NCBI GenBank assembly: GCA_000004695.1
Contig: CH709161.1
Span: 1-8,929 of the forward strand
Direction: 5' to 3'
Origin: Dictyostelium discoideum
Taxonomy: Eukaryota
Length of the DNA stretch: 8,929 nt
Shown piece by piece: positions 6,761 to 8,929 of the stretch. Below the pieces are notes generated by a model, which saw only the letters and a list, made by a program, of their open reading frames with translations, was not told the DNA's origin and did not search any database. Position 1 is the stretch's first letter, and the number at the start of each line of letters is the position of its first letter. Both the position numbers and the translations under genes were made by a program.

Positions 6761-7680
6761 TTAAATGATTCTTTTATCGTAGAAGGTATCTACAGTATCA
6801 TTTGATTTCCAACGACCCATCTTCTTGACAACATGGAACGGAACGTTATTGGACAACAGCAGAGAAGCCATAGCGGAACGGGTAGAGTGAGATTTGAACT
6901 TGACAATATCAATGCCTGACTTTGAGAGCGTTGATAATACAATTGAGTTAATATCATTAACTTGGAGCGGTTCACCCTCATTCTTAATAAAGACAGAGTC
7001 ACCCGAATGGGGCTTTCTTCTTCCTTTTGAGGTTCTAAGGTATGTTGCAAGGTGGCGAACAGGGCATACTTGAGAGTTTGTATCATCTATCGAAGTTAAT
7101 TCTAAGATTGAAACAACACCACTTCTTTGTTCTTTAGCATTAATAACTGGACCTTTGATTGAGTCAGGAGTAATAATGAGACCTTTGAACGACCACTTCA
7201 CCAAGTCTGATGATCTTGGTAAACCAAACATTTTACAGAGTACAAGTGTCTTGTTTAATAGTGCAGTGTATGTGTACTTAGGGATGACTTTTATAGTAGA
7301 TAAGTGCTTGAATACTTGGTTTGCATCCCATATCTCTTTATACTTTGCTGATGAAGGACGCAACTTGTGAATACCAGTCATAATTCTTGTGATGAATGGA
7401 TCATTAACAATATCAGTTTGATTCTTAAGGAGTAACAACTGATTCAACATAGATCGATGACCATTAATTGTTGAGAAGGCTAACGGAGGTTGTGCTTGAA
7501 CAGATGTGTAAGATAATCCATGAAAACAACTAAGGTAATGTTTGCTGGATTCAAAGAGTTTAAAGTACAGAAATTGCGGAATCTTGTATAACTGGAGCTA
7601 TATACTTTGAGAGTTGAAGGTTCCCATGACTTCATTAACAGCTCAGCTGTTTTTGTATTTGTTGTACGAGCGAAGGACAT
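6761..7680 (-). CDS. Tyrosine recombinase of about 305 aa (DIRS/Ngaro/Cre-like). The N-terminal core-binding-like domain is MSFARTTNTKTAELLMKSWEPSTLKVYSSSYTRFRNFCTLNSLNPANITLVVFMDYLTHLFKHNL… and the catalytic domain is …AFSTINGHRSMLNQLL……GLPRSSDLVKW……KFKSHSTRSAMASLLLSNNVPFHVVKKMGRWKSNDTVDTFYDKRII. The two halves are in different frames, consistent with a 1-nt frameshift near 7485.
   Basis: The ATG is at 7680-7678. The N-terminal signature SW…STLKVY…RF.NFC…P…V.F..YL.HLF is present. The catalytic residues follow in order: Arg (LPRSSDL), HxxR (HSTR), W in the position of the second His (GRWKS) and the Tyr nucleophile (TFYDKR). Frame A stops at TAG 7480-7482. Frame B is open from at least 7560 and carries the rest. 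A single-nucleotide insertion at about 7484-7486 would fuse them as …THLFKHNL.LAFSTINGHRS…. Confidence 0.85.
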
Positions 7681-8929
7681 TACATGAGATTGGAAAGTTG
7701 AATAATCCCGAGCTTCCAACGTTGTTGAATCTGGATTGGTATCGACTCTACTGATTGTTTGGTCAATACTTCTTGGAATGTTCCCAGTACTTGAGGAAAC
7801 ATGTGGCGATGATGACGAGGAACTTGAGCTTGAATCATCGGATACCAAGTTGCTGATCTCCAGATTGGGAAGATCAGTATTATAGAAACCTTCTTCGAAC
7901 TGGATGAGTTCATCTTCTCCAGGATAGAAGGCAAAAGAATGGGTGGTGGAAAGGCCAAACATTGCTTCCATTGACTCTAATCGAGGTGGAGTGCATTCAT
8001 TCTGATTGTTGAGTAGTTGTTCGTTTGATGGTTGAGGTGAGATGCGAACAGATCCATCTGTATTTGACCGAAGTGAAGTTGGATGCGATTGAACACTTCC
8101 TTCTTCAGTTCCCAGTTGTAACTCTTGATTACTCTGGACGATGATTTGTGATTCATCTCTGAAAGACGGCTGAGGTGGTCGGCTTTTACATTGAATCCTG
8201 GAATATGCTCTCCAATCAAGTTCACTTTCTTTTTGAGGCATTGTTTCCATAGTTGTTCGAACAGAACTGAGAGATCTTGTATTTGACCACCCTGCCGATT
8301 GATGTAAGAGAGAGTGGCAGTGTTGTCGGTTTGAATCTTCAGCTTGCAGTTGTTCAGTTTCCGACATAGCGCTTGATAGGCCATTAGCAGTGCGAGCATT
8401 TCTCGACGATTTGATGACATGTTTGATTGAGTTGTTGACCACTGGAATGACCAAGTTTTGATTACCTTGTTTCCTTTCTTGAGAGTGGCACCTGCACCCG
8501 ATTCCGAGGCATCGGTTGTAAGAACATAGTCGTAACTTGGAAACAGACTGATTTCTTTTCCATTCCATTGGTTTAGAACTGTTAACCAATGTGAAATCTC
8601 TGACTTGACCTCTTGAGGAATGGGGGACGATTGATCCCAATCTCCATTGGCTAGAGTCAGACACTGAGAGTGAAACTTGTTTGTTCGACGAGTGTAAAGT
8701 CTGAATGGGATGACTGCATCTTTCAGTGCAATTAGCTTTCCTTTTAAACCAGCAAGCTTTCTTGGGGAGCAACAATCTAGTTTTAAAAAGTTTCTTATTT
8801 CTTTGATGACACTTTTCTTCTTTTCTTTGGGAACAAGAAGCTTCATTGATACCGAATCGATTTGTAATCCGAGAAACGTAATTGATTGAGTTGGTTCGAG
8901 AACGCTCTTTTCTAGGTTTAACTTGAGTA
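7680..8929 (-). CDS. Retroelement pol fragment, incomplete at the 5' end. It contains the RT C-terminal/thumb region (…ITFLGLQIDSVSMKLLVPKEKKKSVIKEIRNFLKLDCCSPRKLAGLKGKLIALKDAVIP…), RNase H (…VLTTDASESGAGATL…REMLALL…IQTDNTATLSYINRQGG…HIPGFNVKADHLSRL…) and a conserved post-RH segment (…IQMDLFASHLNHQTNNYST…[TAG]SQWKQCLAFPPPILLPSILEKM…ILIFPIWRSATWYP…). An in-frame TAG lies at 7977-7979 and the terminal TAA at 7680-7682.
   Basis: One frame (coordinate mod 3 = 2) is open from the window edge to 7977 and again from 7976 to 7683. The RNase H catalytic motifs D, E, D and H..D are all present in order. The frame extends upstream of the listed Met to 8929, giving LKLNLEKSVLEPTQSITFLGLQIDSVS, which is the RT region just C-terminal to the YxDD box. 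The TAG falls inside the conserved '…D[A/x]…W……AFPP' block. Confidence 0.85.

Larger units (their letters stand above)
6390..8929 (-). mobile_element. 3' portion of a DIRS-like retrotransposon that encodes a tyrosine recombinase. It comprises the pol (RT C-terminus and RNase H), the YR, and an ITR-like terminal region. It is truncated by the window edge at 8929 and appears to be a defective copy.
   Basis: The minus strand reads RT C-terminus, RNase H (TDAS…E…TDN…H…ADHLSR), an 'IDLFAS…AFPP…LIFPIW' segment, and then a YR with R…HxxR…W…Y motifs. This is followed by a (TA)9 tract and a roughly 330-bp GC-richer terminal region with an HSE and a TATA box. No other retroelement family combines RT/RH with a YR, a terminal region with a heat-shock element, and the absence of an integrase. 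The outer boundary near 6390 is approximate. Confidence 0.8.

Noticed and set aside
7480-8775. 431-aa minus-strand ORF overlapping the RNase H ORF in another frame, plus ORFs 7680-7958, 6790-7086 and 7155-7370
   Set aside because: The coding (minus) strand is T-poor, so stops are rare in every frame and long overlapping ORFs arise by chance. Only the 3' ~200 nt of this frame (the YR N-domain, 7480-7680) carries recognisable motifs. The 7680-7958 ORF is simply the continuation of the pol frame after the TAG and is included in the pol feature.
8891-8906. GGTTCGAGAAC on the plus strand as a tRNA B-box
   Set aside because: It lies antisense within RT coding sequence. It deviates from GGTTCRANYCC at three positions, and there is no tRNA structure around it.
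1-8929. CRISPR arrays, rRNA and prokaryotic operon signals
   Set aside because: The minisatellite units are contiguous and have no spacers. There are no rRNA-like conserved blocks. The gene structure is eukaryotic.

Overview
This 8.9-kb window looks like nuclear DNA of a dictyostelid social amoeba, probably Dictyostelium. Intergenic DNA is about 85-90% AT with poly(A)/poly(T) runs of 15-26 nt and an aaaATG start context. The one clearly spliced gene has a short AT-rich GTATGT...TAG intron.

From start to end the window contains:
(1) A two-exon protein-coding gene at 61-732 (+). Its 72-nt intron carries a 26-nt poly(A) tract.
(2) About 2 kb of AT-rich spacer. It holds a phased 12-bp minisatellite of 16 or more copies, a 49-bp hairpin palindrome, a small GC-rich island and several microsatellites.
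(3) An A/C-skewed open frame on the minus strand at 2700-3106. It carries 33-bp tandem repeats encoding PSNPPTIVTQA-like units but has no ATG or splice acceptor.
(4) Two short minus-strand ORFs at 3175-3384 and 3470-3706 that weakly resemble the C-terminus of an LTR-retrotransposon integrase.
(5) A 2.1-kb GC-richer block at 4200-6343. Its plus strand is T-poor and has the character of a coiled-coil coding sequence, but stop codons interrupt every frame, so it is a decayed gene or decayed transposable-element ORF.
(6) The right end of a DIRS-like retrotransposon on the minus strand, of the kind that encodes a tyrosine recombinase (YR). The order is: reverse-transcriptase C-terminus, RNase H, a conserved 'DLFAS...AFPP...LIFPIW' segment, and then the YR ORF. 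The pol stop and the YR start overlap as TAATG. Next come a (TA)9 spacer and an ITR-like terminal region carrying a perfect three-unit heat-shock element, a TATA box, a duplicated 50-bp block and a G-quadruplex motif.

This retroelement copy appears defective. It has an in-frame TAG inside a conserved pol motif and a 1-nt frameshift in the YR.

No rRNA, tRNA or CRISPR features were found. All coordinates are read by eye and may be off by a few nucleotides.
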